Source of the DNA: Candidatus Nanohaloarchaea archaeon
GTDB taxonomy: Archaea; Nanohalarchaeota; Nanosalinia; Nanosalinales; Nanosalinaceae
Direction: 5' to 3'
Assembly (NCBI GenBank): GCA_013343275.1
Contig: CP046106.1
Span: forward strand, 544,001 to 608,000
Length of the DNA stretch: 64,000 bases
Below, piece after piece: positions 1 to 10,142 of the stretch. Numbering within the stretch: position 1 is the first letter of the stretch; every line of letters begins with the position of its first letter. The notes beneath the pieces were generated by a model, which was not told the origin of the DNA, did not search any database, and saw nothing but the letters and a program-made list of their open reading frames with translations. The position numbers and the translations under genes were made by a program.

Positions 1-66
1 AGCTCTGAAGAGGAGCTTGAGTCAGAGGCCCTTGAGAGTTTTCTGCAGGAGAATTCGCGAGATTGA
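1..66 (+). CDS. 3' end of a gene entering from the left edge (partial)
   Basis: Frame 1 reads SSEEELESEALESFLQENSRD* with acidic composition typical of real genes here. Confidence 0.5.
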   Translation, partial: SSEEELESEALESFLQENSRD

Positions 67-98
67 TTTTTTATCTCTTCAGATTCCCTGATATAGTT

Positions 99-1874
99 AT
101 GACAGTTAGAGAGAGGGATGAGATCTCGGACGAGTACAAATGGGATGTCGAAAAAGTTTACAGTTCTGTAGATGAATGGGAGAAAGACTTTGAGAAAGCG
201 AAAAACTTAATTGAAGACCTGAAGGAGTACGAAGGACGGGTTATGAGCAGCCCTGAGGAGTTCTCCAAGTTTATGGATGATTACTCCGAGGCCAAGATCC
301 TTGTCAGCAGGCTTTCTTCCTATGCAAGCATGAGAAGAGACGAAGATACCCGCAGGGAGGAGTTCCAGTCCCTTGCTGCCAAAGCAAGCTCTCTTTCCAG
401 TAAGCTGTCATCAGATACAAGTTTTGTTGAGATAGAGATACAGAATGCTTCGGAGGAGGAGTACCGCGAGATAGTTGAGGACAGTGAGACGGAGGAATAC
501 TCTCACTTCCTTGAGAAGATCAGGGACAGAAAAGACCATACGAGATCTAAAGAGATCGAGCAGATTCTTTCAAACCTGGGAGAAGTCCTATCCAGTCCGA
601 GCGATATCTACTCTACATTCACCAATGCAGACCTGAGCTTCCCCTCTGTAGAGAAAGACGGCGAGGAAGTAGAGATAACACAGTCAAACTTCACCAAACT
701 ACTGAAAAACAGTGACAGAGGCCTAAGAAAAGAGGTCTACCAGAAGTTCTACGATAGATTTAATGAGTTCGATAATACTGTTGCACAGAGCCTGGACAAG
801 GAGGCCCGTACCAACTCCAAGTTCGCCGATATAAGAGACTACAGTTCGTCGCTTGAATCAGCTCTCGACAGCAAGAACATACCTGTAGATGTCTTCAACA
901 GTCTAGTGGATACTGTCAACTCGAACCTCGGGACTCTTCACCGCCACCAGGATCTGAAGAGAGATGTCCTAGGTGTTGACGAGCTAAAGATGTGGGACGT
1001 CTACATGCCGATGGCAGACTCCGATACAGAGATAAGTTACGAGGAGGCCAAGGGACACATTTTGAATGCTCTGGAGCCTCTGGGCGATGAGTACGTTGAG
1101 GTAGCTCGTAGAGGCTTGGAATCCGGCTGGGTTGATGTCTACGAGAACAAAGGAAAGCGGCCAGGCGGGTACAGCGGAGGCTCTTACGACACCGATCCTT
1201 ACATCTTGATGAATTTCCAGAACGATATCCAGTCGATGTACACGCTGGCCCACGAACTCGGTCACTCAATGCACTCCTACTTCGCCGAGGAAGAGCAACC
1301 TTACATCTACAGCAACTACGGTATCTTCCTAGCAGAAATCGCCTCAAAAGTAAACGAACAGCTTCTTACAGAATATCTGTTGAACGAAGTCGAAGATGAC
1401 GCTCTGAAGAAGCATGTACTTGATTACCAGCTCGAAAACTTCCGCAGCACCTTATTCAGACAGACCATGTTCGCTGAGTTCGAGAAAGAGATACATGAAT
1501 CTGTTGAAGAAGGTGAGGTACTGACCTCCGGCCAGTTAAACGAGAAGTACGGCGAGATAAAGCAGAAATACTATCAGAACGCCGATATAGATGACAGAAT
1601 CAAGAGGGAGTGGATGAGAATACCTCACTTCTACTACAACTTCTATGTCTTCCAGTATGCTACAGGTATTTCTATAGCGACCTATATCCGCGAGGAAGTT
1701 ATCGAGAACGGCCGTAAAGACGATTATATAGAGATTCTGAAGTCTGGCGGTAGAGAGTTCCCGCTGGAGACTCTAGATTTGATGGATATAGATCCAGACA
1801 GTGAGACATTTAGCGAGGCCATTGACCAGTACAGAGAGTATCTTGATAAGGCCGAGGAACTGTTTCAGAGCTAG
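99..1874 (+). CDS. pepF: Oligoendopeptidase F (M3B family)
   Basis: N-terminal R-x-E-I-x-x-x-Y-K-W-D, HELGH zinc motif, W-x-R-I-P-H-F-Y-x-x-F-Y-V-F-Q-Y-A; ATG at 99 preferred over TTG at 63. Confidence 0.93.
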   Translation: MTVRERDEISDEYKWDVEKVYSSVDEWEKDFEKAKNLIEDLKEYEGRVMSSPEEFSKFMDDYSEAKILVSRLSSYASMRRDEDTRREEFQSLAAKASSLSSKLSSDTSFVEIEIQNASEEEYREIVEDSETEEYSHFLEKIRDRKDHTRSKEIEQILSNLGEVLSSPSDIYSTFTNADLSFPSVEKDGEEVEITQSNFTKLLKNSDRGLRKEVYQKFYDRFNEFDNTVAQSLDKEARTNSKFADIRDYSSSLESALDSKNIPVDVFNSLVDTVNSNLGTLHRHQDLKRDVLGVDELKMWDVYMPMADSDTEISYEEAKGHILNALEPLGDEYVEVARRGLESGWVDVYENKGKRPGGYSGGSYDTDPYILMNFQNDIQSMYTLAHELGHSMHSYFAEEEQPYIYSNYGIFLAEIASKVNEQLLTEYLLNEVEDDALKKHVLDYQLENFRSTLFRQTMFAEFEKEIHESVEEGEVLTSGQLNEKYGEIKQKYYQNADIDDRIKREWMRIPHFYYNFYVFQYATGISIATYIREEVIENGRKDDYIEILKSGGREFPLETLDLMDIDPDSETFSEAIDQYREYLDKAEELFQS

Positions 1875-1919
1875 CTCTAGCCCCCAAGAATTTTATCATT
1901 ATTCATTTACTTTCTATCT

Positions 1920-2885
1920 ATGAAGTTCGACGATCCTGTTTACGGCGAGCAGACTGTAGAAAACGAAGTTCTCAAAGCGCTTATCAAGTCTGAGCCGGTC
2001 CAGAGATTGAAGGACGTGCATCAGGCAGGCCCTCAGCCATTCTTCACTGATAAAGAGCCTGTTACAAGGTTTGAGCATTCTCTGGGAGTTATGTTCCTGC
2101 TGAGAGAGCACGGTGCAAGCCTGGAGGAGCAGATTGCAGGCCTGCTGCATGATGTGCCACATACTGCGTTCTCTCACGTAGTTGATTTCATGTACGACAC
2201 CGAGGACCACGATTATCACGAGGATTTCCTTGAAGAGGTGATCTATGAGTCAAATATTCCTGAGATTCTGGAGATGCACGATCTGGATATAGATTACATA
2301 CTGGATGAGTCGAACTTCAAGCTGCTGGAGCGGGATATGCCTGATCTCTGTGCTGACAGGATAGATTACTTCCTGCGGGACAGCAAAGTTGTAGGCGGTA
2401 AAGATATTCAAGGACTGCTAGAGGGCCTTACTGTAGAAGACAACAAGTTCGTGCTGGAGGACGAAGGCGTAGGCGAAAGATTTGCCCGAAGATTTATCCA
2501 GGCCGACAGGCAGTGGTGGGCTGAACCAAAAGAGGTCGCTATCAATGAAATATTTGCGCAGGCCCTCCGCAGAGCTATGGATATAGATCTGATCGACGAG
2601 GAAGACCTGTTCAAGACTGATGAAGAGGTCCTTGAGATCTTAAGAGAATCTGACGATGAGAAAATCCAGGAGAAGCTGGAAACTCTGGATGAAGGTTTTG
2701 AAGTAGAGCTTGACTGGGATGACTACGACTTCCTTGTGGAGACAAAGGCCCGCTTCGTCGATCCAGAAGTGAAGGAGAACGGCGAGTTAACCAGAGTAAC
2801 CAATGTCTCCCGCGAGATAGGCCATATGATTGAAGAACATAAGGAGGAAGTTGAGGAAGGCTATCACATCAAGATCAAAGACTAG
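1920..2885 (+). CDS. HD-domain phosphohydrolase (dNTP triphosphohydrolase-like)
   Basis: RFEHSLG, LLHDVPH-x-x-FSH and ADRIDY motifs. Confidence 0.85.
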   Translation: MKFDDPVYGEQTVENEVLKALIKSEPVQRLKDVHQAGPQPFFTDKEPVTRFEHSLGVMFLLREHGASLEEQIAGLLHDVPHTAFSHVVDFMYDTEDHDYHEDFLEEVIYESNIPEILEMHDLDIDYILDESNFKLLERDMPDLCADRIDYFLRDSKVVGGKDIQGLLEGLTVEDNKFVLEDEGVGERFARRFIQADRQWWAEPKEVAINEIFAQALRRAMDIDLIDEEDLFKTDEEVLEILRESDDEKIQEKLETLDEGFEVELDWDDYDFLVETKARFVDPEVKENGELTRVTNVSREIGHMIEEHKEEVEEGYHIKIKD

Positions 2886-3208
2886 AAACCTTGCATCCCG
2901 GGAAGATGGCCTAGCTCGTCCTGAGCTTCATCACTCATTTTTTCAGGACTCCAGCGCGGTTCAAAGGTAAGTTCAACTTCGATATCTCTTTCATTTACTT
3001 CCTCTATCTTACCTACCTCTCTTTTCACCATTTCATCGAACACGCCATGAAGAGGGCACCCTGGTGTGGTCAAGGTCATCAGTATATCTACTTCTCCTTC
3101 TTCAGTAGTATCTATCTCGTAGATAAGGCCGAGATCCACTATATTGATATCCAGCTCCGGATCCATTACTTCTTTCAGCTGTTCCCTAACTCTTTCTTCC
3201 GTTACCAT
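2882..3208 (-). CDS. DUF59 / SufT-PaaD-like metal-sulfur cluster assembly factor
   Basis: DPEL-x-INIVDLGLIY, TLTTPGCP, PRWSPE motifs. Confidence 0.9.
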   Translation of the reverse strand: MVTEERVREQLKEVMDPELDINIVDLGLIYEIDTTEEGEVDILMTLTTPGCPLHGVFDEMVKREVGKIEEVNERDIEVELTFEPRWSPEKMSDEAQDELGHLPGMQGF

Positions 3209-3254
3209 CTTTACAGTTGTGTAAAGGGCCTGCGAATTTTATAAGGTAAACTTT

Positions 3255-3692
3255 TTAGATCAGGTTGTCCGCAGTCGCTGCACCTATGACTGAGAAAACT
3301 GAGATCATTGATACCAGTTTCAGCAGATGTAGAGAATTCTGTGCGAAGACCTCTTCAGCTGCAGTAATGCTGAGAAGGAAAAGCACGGTACCGAAGGAGA
3401 CAGTCATCAGTGAGATGTACCGGACCGTTACACCCATGAACTGTCTCTCACTATCCCAATCCCTATCGCGTTTAGCAACGTAGAGAATTCCATGACCCAG
3501 GAAAAGAGTAACCAGGATGCTTAGAGATGTCTGGAACAGGGATGTAGCTGCGGCCATCCTCCAGACCTCTTGGGTGAAGAGAAACGGAGCTGTCAGTATT
3601 GCGCTGCCTGTCACCTGCTGGAAGAAGTCATCGGCTCCGAAAGGATAGCCTTCCTCGGCCTTCAGAAGTATCTCTCTTATCATATCAACCAC
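3255..3692 (-). CDS. DUF2391-like integral membrane protein
   Basis: Four hydrophobic segments; D-x-x-QQ-x-x-G...APF-x-x-T-x-EVW signature. Confidence 0.65.
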   Translation of the reverse strand: MVDMIREILLKAEEGYPFGADDFFQQVTGSAILTAPFLFTQEVWRMAAATSLFQTSLSILVTLFLGHGILYVAKRDRDWDSERQFMGVTVRYISLMTVSFGTVLFLLSITAAEEVFAQNSLHLLKLVSMISVFSVIGAATADNLI

Positions 3693-5341
3693 AGCACCAT
3701 CAGCACGTACATACTGATCAAGGCTAGTGGAAGCAGCCGGATCATTATATTTATGCTGTAGATAAGGCCTTGGTAATCCGACTGTAAAAGCTTTACTCCT
3801 TCAGCCTTCCCAGTTCCCAGGCCTATACCTGCTTCTCCCAGAGTCTCTTTTGCCCTTGCAATACTTTCTCTGAGTCTGTTCTCATCTACACGGCTGCCTT
3901 TAGCCATTTCATGGATGCTCGCATGAGTGTCAGTAGTGAAGAAAACTGCTTCATCAAAATCCTCATTAATACTTTCATGCAGCTCCTGCAGTCTCTCAGT
4001 AGATCCATTACCTTCTATACCATATACAAGCGTTCTCTGACCGTCAACCTCTTCAACCCAGGTAAACACCGGTATATCGCCTGTTAAATCGGTGTCGAAA
4101 CCAGCATTATACTCTGAAACCTCCTGATCTTCGAGTTCGGAAACGAAGTCCTTGAGCATCCTCCTTAACTCCTCGGCCTTCGCTGTATCAGACCATACAA
4201 CCTGACTTGTCTCTTCATCGATGTGATTATGCAAGTCAACCACTAGAGTAGAGTCAAGATCGACACAGTCTCTCACAACAGACATTTCATAGTCATCGTA
4301 ATCCGGAATCTGCATGAAAACCAGGTTCTTACCATCAAACCTTCTGCCATAAAGCGTACCCAAGCTGTAATCTTTCTTGATCATCTTCGAGGCCTCGTCA
4401 TACATCTCCGGTCTCTCAACCTCATCCAGTATCTTTTCAGCATCGTCAGGATCCGCCATATCGGCCTCATGGTTGGAAGGGACGTGCATGAAGAACCCAT
4501 TTCCAACACCCTGATTCAGCTTCTCGATCACAGTAGTAGAGAGCTCTCCACCACCAAAAGCGCCGAGAGGACCAGGATGCACCCATGGAACACCTATAGT
4601 AGCTTTTCCTTCCTCGTTCTCTATCTGAAGAGTATGTACTTCCGGGTTAGCAGGATAGCCAAGATCTAGAGCCTGCTGTTTTTTCTGGAGAAGGCCAGAG
4701 GTAAGGTTGAAGGCCGAGACGTTTGATACGTTGCTTCCAACCAGATACTGTATTACGTGAAGCAGTAATCCGAGGACCAGGCCTGTAAAGAGTAGTACTC
4801 CCAGGTTTGAGGCGTAGTCCCACCATCTGAACTGCAGGAACGGCGACAGGTAGTGGTTGCCGACGAGTAGAACTATCAAGGGCTGGATCAAACTTACGAG
4901 AACAATCTTCTTGAGATGCTTCGAACCTAAAGTTAGTGTCAGTACGAGAGTGTTAACCAGGAAAAGCGTTATCAGGCCCAGCCATACGATTCTCCAGGCG
5001 TTTACGCTGCTGTTGGCGCCTGTAAGTATCATTCCAAACACGAATGTGAAGAACTGGTTAGCTGCTACCAGGAAGTACCCCCAGTGTCTTGGATAGTCGG
5101 GGAGCACCAGCGTGTATATCTCTCCTGCAACCAGGGCAGGCAGAATAAACAGCATTACCGCCAGGTAGAAAACCATGCTTGGCTCTATAGGTATTGCAGT
5201 AAACTTTGAGAACCCTAGATACATGAGGGAAGAGTAGAGAAAACTCAGAAAGGTCATCGCGATCAGGCTAGTTCTGACCTCAGGGATTCTGAAAATTATC
5301 CATTCAAAAGACTCCACGTTATCCATTCCCATCTTCTTCAT
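3680..5341 (-). CDS. DUF2070 family membrane protein
   Basis: N-terminal multi-TM region, then soluble domain with HPGPLG-x-x-GG, VVDLHN, TTDTH motifs and a C-terminal TM. Confidence 0.75.
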   Translation of the reverse strand: MKKMGMDNVESFEWIIFRIPEVRTSLIAMTFLSFLYSSLMYLGFSKFTAIPIEPSMVFYLAVMLFILPALVAGEIYTLVLPDYPRHWGYFLVAANQFFTFVFGMILTGANSSVNAWRIVWLGLITLFLVNTLVLTLTLGSKHLKKIVLVSLIQPLIVLLVGNHYLSPFLQFRWWDYASNLGVLLFTGLVLGLLLHVIQYLVGSNVSNVSAFNLTSGLLQKKQQALDLGYPANPEVHTLQIENEEGKATIGVPWVHPGPLGAFGGGELSTTVIEKLNQGVGNGFFMHVPSNHEADMADPDDAEKILDEVERPEMYDEASKMIKKDYSLGTLYGRRFDGKNLVFMQIPDYDDYEMSVVRDCVDLDSTLVVDLHNHIDEETSQVVWSDTAKAEELRRMLKDFVSELEDQEVSEYNAGFDTDLTGDIPVFTWVEEVDGQRTLVYGIEGNGSTERLQELHESINEDFDEAVFFTTDTHASIHEMAKGSRVDENRLRESIARAKETLGEAGIGLGTGKAEGVKLLQSDYQGLIYSINIMIRLLPLALISMYVLMVLWLI

Positions 5342-6380
5342 CTAACCTCCGGTAAATATCTTCAAGCTGCTCTATAGTAGTTGCAAGAGAGTATCTCTCA
5401 ACAGCCTCTCTACATCTATAATTACTGTTCAAAGCCTTACTAATAGCCTTGGCCATACTTTCCTCATCATCCAGGTCAAATCTTTCGCCATTCTCCTCTC
5501 CTATAGTTTCATCGAAAGGCGGATTGTCAGCAGCTACAACCGGCGTACCGCACGCATTGGCCTCCAGAGGAGAAAGACCTAAAGTATCTCCAGTAGAGGC
5601 CGTTACAAACGCATCAAGCCCGGAATAGAAACCAGGCAGATCCTCTCTATCGAGGAAGTCATGGAAGTAAACATTTTCCCCAGCCTTCTCCACCAGTTGC
5701 TCTTTCTGAGGGCCTTCACCCACTATAACCACCGATCCATCGAACTCTTCAGCAAACTCAACAGTCCTGTCAACATTCTTTTCTGGACTTAAACGACCTG
5801 AATAACCTATTACAGGCCTCTCGACATCCATCTCATCTATTATACTTTCATCTTGGGGCTGGAAAAACTGCATGTCGAGGCCTACAGGTAGCTTCAGGAA
5901 ATCTATATCACGGTTTATTCGGCTGGTGGATGCTGTAACCACATCGAACCGGCGCAGAAAATAGGTCTCCATTCTGCGGTAAATTGCTTTCGCCACTTTC
6001 AGTACCGCTCTGTTCTGCACAGCGTTCTGGAAGTATTCTTCTATAGGTGTGTGGTGTGTGTAGATCGCAGGAATGCTGTTCATCTTGGCGTAAACCATGC
6101 CAGACCATCCAAGAGAGGCCGGGCCGTGACAGTGAACTATATCCAGGTCAGGTAGACTGGAAGGCCTTACAGGGATCGGAATCCTGTAACCCTGGTAGAA
6201 AGGATTGGAGAAAGAATGTATCGGTATCTCGTTTTCCGAAGGCTCATACTCCGGAGAGTAAGGATAGAAAATATAGACCTCATGGCCTCGCTCCTCGAGA
6301 CGTTCCTTCCAGGCCTTCAAAGTGTACGTTACACCATCCAGACCCGGGAAATAGCTTTCTGTGAAAAAGCCTATCTTCAT
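5319..6380 (-). CDS. Glycosyltransferase family 4
   Basis: FTESYFP-x-x-DGV N-terminus, YSGRLSPEKN, TLGLSPLEANACGTPVV. Confidence 0.88.
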   Translation of the reverse strand: MKIGFFTESYFPGLDGVTYTLKAWKERLEERGHEVYIFYPYSPEYEPSENEIPIHSFSNPFYQGYRIPIPVRPSSLPDLDIVHCHGPASLGWSGMVYAKMNSIPAIYTHHTPIEEYFQNAVQNRAVLKVAKAIYRRMETYFLRRFDVVTASTSRINRDIDFLKLPVGLDMQFFQPQDESIIDEMDVERPVIGYSGRLSPEKNVDRTVEFAEEFDGSVVIVGEGPQKEQLVEKAGENVYFHDFLDREDLPGFYSGLDAFVTASTGDTLGLSPLEANACGTPVVAADNPPFDETIGEENGERFDLDDEESMAKAISKALNSNYRCREAVERYSLATTIEQLEDIYRRLDEEDGNG

Positions 6381-6467
6381 CCTGTAAACGAAGATTAAGC
6401 ATTCAGTATTTTAAACCGTCCACCTTTAAACCGCAGACAGAAACAGGTAAAACACAGTAAAGATCTT

Positions 6468-7466
6468 TTACAGTAGCTCTCTGTACGTTTCCGCGAGCTG
6501 GTCTGCTACTGCATCGATCTCGAACTCTCTGCTTTTCTCCTCCGCGTTCTCTCCAATCCTTTCCATTGTATCTCCGGACATAACTTCCTCCAGAACCGTG
6601 ACAAAATCTTTTTCGGACTTCAGACAGTTCTCACCGTGTTCCAGCCACTGAAAGGTTTCGATATCTCTTACTACAGGAGGCTTTCCGCAGGCCATCGCCT
6701 CAAGCAAGGCCATCCCTTCGTTTTCGTTCTTTGTAGGGAAGAAAAAGATATCTCCTGCAGCATAGGCTCCCCTGATATCCTCTACGTACCCTGTGAAAGT
6801 ACAGTTTTCCGGTGCGGATTCGACCAGTTTCTTTGTGTCTCTACTCTGTAGCAGAGAGTCGATGAACCCGTCTTCTCCGCTTGGATTGAGGAACCCGAAC
6901 CATACAAAGTCTGTATCTGGCATCTGCCTGGCTGTCTCGATGAAGCTTTCGAGGCCTTTCCTCTTGATAACGTGGCCTACCATGAAGACTACCGGAGGCT
7001 CCAGATCGTATTTCTCCAGGTATTCATCTCTGAGTTGTTGGTGACCTTCCAGCATTTCCGGATCGAACCCGTTGCTGATTACTTTTTTCGGTGCATCAGT
7101 GTACTCCTCGATAACTTCCTTATTGTGCTCGGAGGGACAGATTACCAAGTCTGCTAGAGAGTAGGCGTATTTGAGATAAGGCTTCATGGGCCTTGCAATT
7201 ATATTGGAGAACGCGAAGCTTTCGCGGAAATCCTCTGCTGTCTGATGTGCATGGATTACCACAGGAATATCTTTTTTTCGGGCCTTCCTGGCATAGTAAA
7301 TAGACTTTGGGCCCATATTGTTGAGGTGGAGGATGTCGGCCTCGAGGTCAGGTTCCGTGGTGTATTCGATTCCTTTTCTGTCCATGATCTTTCTCTGGTT
7401 CTTCACGGACTGCTTGTGGCCCCCAGTGATCATTTCCTCCCATTCGAAGTAGTGGCTGACCTTCAT
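6468..7466 (-). CDS. Glycosyltransferase family 4
   Basis: ISNG, RKG, ENEGMALLEAMACGKP (E-x7-E) motifs. Confidence 0.88.
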   Translation of the reverse strand: MKVSHYFEWEEMITGGHKQSVKNQRKIMDRKGIEYTTEPDLEADILHLNNMGPKSIYYARKARKKDIPVVIHAHQTAEDFRESFAFSNIIARPMKPYLKYAYSLADLVICPSEHNKEVIEEYTDAPKKVISNGFDPEMLEGHQQLRDEYLEKYDLEPPVVFMVGHVIKRKGLESFIETARQMPDTDFVWFGFLNPSGEDGFIDSLLQSRDTKKLVESAPENCTFTGYVEDIRGAYAAGDIFFFPTKNENEGMALLEAMACGKPPVVRDIETFQWLEHGENCLKSEKDFVTVLEEVMSGDTMERIGENAEEKSREFEIDAVADQLAETYRELL

Positions 7467-7505
7467 CTGCTTAACTTAAAAACTGTTAGCTAAACTTATG
7501 AAACT

Positions 7506-7790
7506 GTGTCGAAGACTATCGCAGAGGAACGGATTGAACGGCTTTTCCAGCTTGCAGAGAAGAGAATTGGCCGTGAAGATGAGCTAGCGGATAGATACGT
7601 GGAGCTGGCCCGGAAGATAGGTATGAAGGAAGAGGTCTCGATACCTTCAGATCTGCGGAAAAAGTTCTGCAGTAACTGTTACAGCTATCTGAAGCCAGGC
7701 TATAACTGCGAGATAAAGTTAAACTCAGATAAGAAAAAGGTAGAGTACAAATGCAGAGAATGCGGAAACATCGATAGATATGGCTACTAA
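7506..7790 (+). CDS. rnp4: Ribonuclease P protein component 4 (Rpp21)
   Basis: IAEERIERLF, RYVELARKI, CxxC...CxxC zinc ribbon. Confidence 0.9.
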   Translation: MSKTIAEERIERLFQLAEKRIGREDELADRYVELARKIGMKEEVSIPSDLRKKFCSNCYSYLKPGYNCEIKLNSDKKKVEYKCRECGNIDRYGY

Positions 7791-8787
7791 AAAACAGATC
7801 GCATGGTTCGGAGTATCAACAGCAATAATCGCAGCCCTGATTTTCTTCGCCGACGCAAGCAAGTTTATAGATGCAGTCCAACAGGCCAACGGATACTACC
7901 TCATCGCTGCACTGGTACTGGGAATAGCGCCCTTCTTCATATTCACATATACATGGCATAGCTTCCTGAACAAGATGGGTGCAGACACCTCCTACCTGGA
8001 GACCTACAAACTGTTCATGGCAGGTAACTTCATGAACTCTGTAACACCTCTAGGCCAGTTCGGCGGAGAACCATTCATGGCCTACGTAATAAAAAAGAAT
8101 ACGGATCTCACGTACGAGGAAGGGTTCTCAGCAGTACTTTCCTCCGACATAATAAACGCAGTCCCTATATTCACATTCATATTCGGAGGCGCAGCATTCC
8201 TGCTGCTTTTCGGATCACTAAACGACATAATACTTCAAACACTCTACGCATCAGTAATAATCATCCTGATAGGAGGTACTCTGGCCTACCTTCTCTGGTT
8301 CAAGTCAGGAACTCTGGAAAAAAAGATAATCAAAGGGTTAAGGAGAATTACCGACACAGTAGGCCGTGGGAAGGTCCGTGTAGATAGCATTGAGAAGAAA
8401 ATGGTTAACGTGCAGAAAGCATTCAACAGAATTGGTGAAGAGCCAAGACACCTGCTTAAAACCGCAATAATAGCCCATACATACTTCATAATCCAGGTTT
8501 TCTGCCTCTACCTGATCCTGGCATCACTTGGTTACTACCCCGACTTCACCCCGCTCTACTTTATACTTCCTCTGGCCTCGCTATCCAACTTCTCACCAAC
8601 CCCTGGAGGATCCGGTGCATACGAGGCCGCGCTTGCAACCATTATCACCGTAATGCCCGCTGCCATATTCCCTCAAATTCCTTTCGCTACTGCCCTGGTA
8701 GCAGGAATACTTTTCAGACTCTGTACATACTGGCCAGGCCTCATAATCGGTTACGGAGCACTTGTAAGCATAGGTGGAGCAGAATGA
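7780..8787 (+). CDS. Lysylphosphatidylglycerol-synthase TM / UPF0104 flippase-like membrane protein
   Basis: N-x-x-TP-x-GQ-x-GGEP and PTPGGSGAYE motifs, multiple TM helices. Confidence 0.8.
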   Translation: MATKKQIAWFGVSTAIIAALIFFADASKFIDAVQQANGYYLIAALVLGIAPFFIFTYTWHSFLNKMGADTSYLETYKLFMAGNFMNSVTPLGQFGGEPFMAYVIKKNTDLTYEEGFSAVLSSDIINAVPIFTFIFGGAAFLLLFGSLNDIILQTLYASVIIILIGGTLAYLLWFKSGTLEKKIIKGLRRITDTVGRGKVRVDSIEKKMVNVQKAFNRIGEEPRHLLKTAIIAHTYFIIQVFCLYLILASLGYYPDFTPLYFILPLASLSNFSPTPGGSGAYEAALATIITVMPAAIFPQIPFATALVAGILFRLCTYWPGLIIGYGALVSIGGAE

Positions 8788-9710
8788 CCTATCTCTACCT
8801 TCTCGCAGGAGAAAACCTCGAACTGGCAGAGGCAGAACTCAGAGGATTTCTCAGGAGCCAGGGTATAGAGGAAGAACTACAGCGAGAAGGCAGGATAGCG
8901 GAGACAGAATCGCACCCCGACCGGTTAAAGAGGCTGGCTCTGACACATGAAATAGCAGAGAAAATAGCCGAGATAGACTTGGAAAATATCGAAGTAGACT
9001 ACAGGCCTGAGAACTCCTTCGCAGTAAGGGTAGAGAACCTGAGAGAGGAGAACGTTGAGAGCAAGGATCTGGAAAGAGAGATAGGCCAGGAGCTGAAGAC
9101 CGAAAGTAACAGTGTAGACCTGGAAGATCCTGGAGAGATAATAAAGGCCTACGTCACCGAAGATGGAATCTTGTTAGGCAGGATAGTAGAGGATATTGAC
9201 AGAGGACTTTTCCAGAAGAGAGTCAACCAGGAAAGGCCTTTCTCATCTCCTATCTCTCTGGATCCTGTGCTTGCGAGGACGATGGTTAATCTTTCGGAGG
9301 TTTCAGCCGGAGAAAGACTTCTTGACCCTTTCTGCGGGACAGGAGGCATACTTATCGAGGCCGGTCTCTGCGGTGTCGATGTTTACGGCCTTGATATACA
9401 GGAGGAAATGGTAGACGGAGCTAAGGAGAACTTGAGAGAGTACGGAATCCTGAGCTACAGCATCCTTCAGGGAGATGTAGATAATGCAGAGGAAATCTTC
9501 AATGGGAGTTTTGACGCAGTTGTTACAGATCTCCCGTACGGAAAGGCCTCCAAGAAGCCTGAAGATGCTATAGATAGCTTCATCAATTTACTGGAAGAGT
9601 TCGATGGCAAGGCAGTTTTCATGTACAATGAAGAGGAGGTAGGACCTTACTCGGCGGACTACGAAATCTATGTCCACAAATCTCTTACGCGCTACCTGTA
9701 CGTAGTCTAG
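8784..9710 (+). CDS. tRNA (guanine-10-N2) methyltransferase, THUMP + SAM domain (Trm11/TrmG10)
   Basis: RPFSSPISL-x-P-x-LAR, LLDPFCGTGG, TDLPYG, VHKSLTR. Confidence 0.85.
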   Translation: MTYLYLLAGENLELAEAELRGFLRSQGIEEELQREGRIAETESHPDRLKRLALTHEIAEKIAEIDLENIEVDYRPENSFAVRVENLREENVESKDLEREIGQELKTESNSVDLEDPGEIIKAYVTEDGILLGRIVEDIDRGLFQKRVNQERPFSSPISLDPVLARTMVNLSEVSAGERLLDPFCGTGGILIEAGLCGVDVYGLDIQEEMVDGAKENLREYGILSYSILQGDVDNAEEIFNGSFDAVVTDLPYGKASKKPEDAIDSFINLLEEFDGKAVFMYNEEEVGPYSADYEIYVHKSLTRYLYVV

Positions 9711-10060
9711 TAATCGAGTTCGGAGGCAGTCCCACCTACTTCGATTACATCCTGCCAGTTAACCCCGATTTTGTCAGAGCTGAATGCGGAGGAAACGTTT
9801 TCTACATCTTCAACTCTGATATTTTCCGGCAGGTCTTCATCATCGTAGTTCTCAGAGATATGATCAAGAGCATCGAGATGTGAGGAATCTGCGTACTCCT
9901 CGCTCAGATCAAGAGTGTAATCAAGATCATCCCAGCCATAGGAGATCTCTACTACCCCTCTACGTCTGTCAGCATCGAAAACCACCAGAGAACGGCCCTG
10001 CTGCATAGAATTCAGTTCATCGTATTGATCCGGTTCCAGCTCATGAAAACTTTCTCCCAT
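9707..10060 (-). CDS. Hypothetical acidic protein
   Basis: 117-aa ORF, acidic composition, fills the gap between convergent genes. Confidence 0.55.
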   Translation of the reverse strand: MGESFHELEPDQYDELNSMQQGRSLVVFDADRRRGVVEISYGWDDLDYTLDLSEEYADSSHLDALDHISENYDDEDLPENIRVEDVENVSSAFSSDKIGVNWQDVIEVGGTASELDY

Positions 10061-10142
10061 AGGGTTGTTGTCACGGAGCAGTTATATCAATCTTTCGGCT
10101 CTGCCGCTCCGATTTAAAACTCTACAGAAAAAGTACACTGTT

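Noticed and set aside
6395-6435. Minus-strand AAA GGT GGA CGG TTT AAA (KGGRF-K), resembling the sensor cassette, upstream of a GT4 gene
   Set aside because: No nearby in-frame start codon, the +1 frame stops after three codons, and the downstream gene is not Lys-related. The sequence is a CGGTTTAAA direct repeat better explained as a TATA region.
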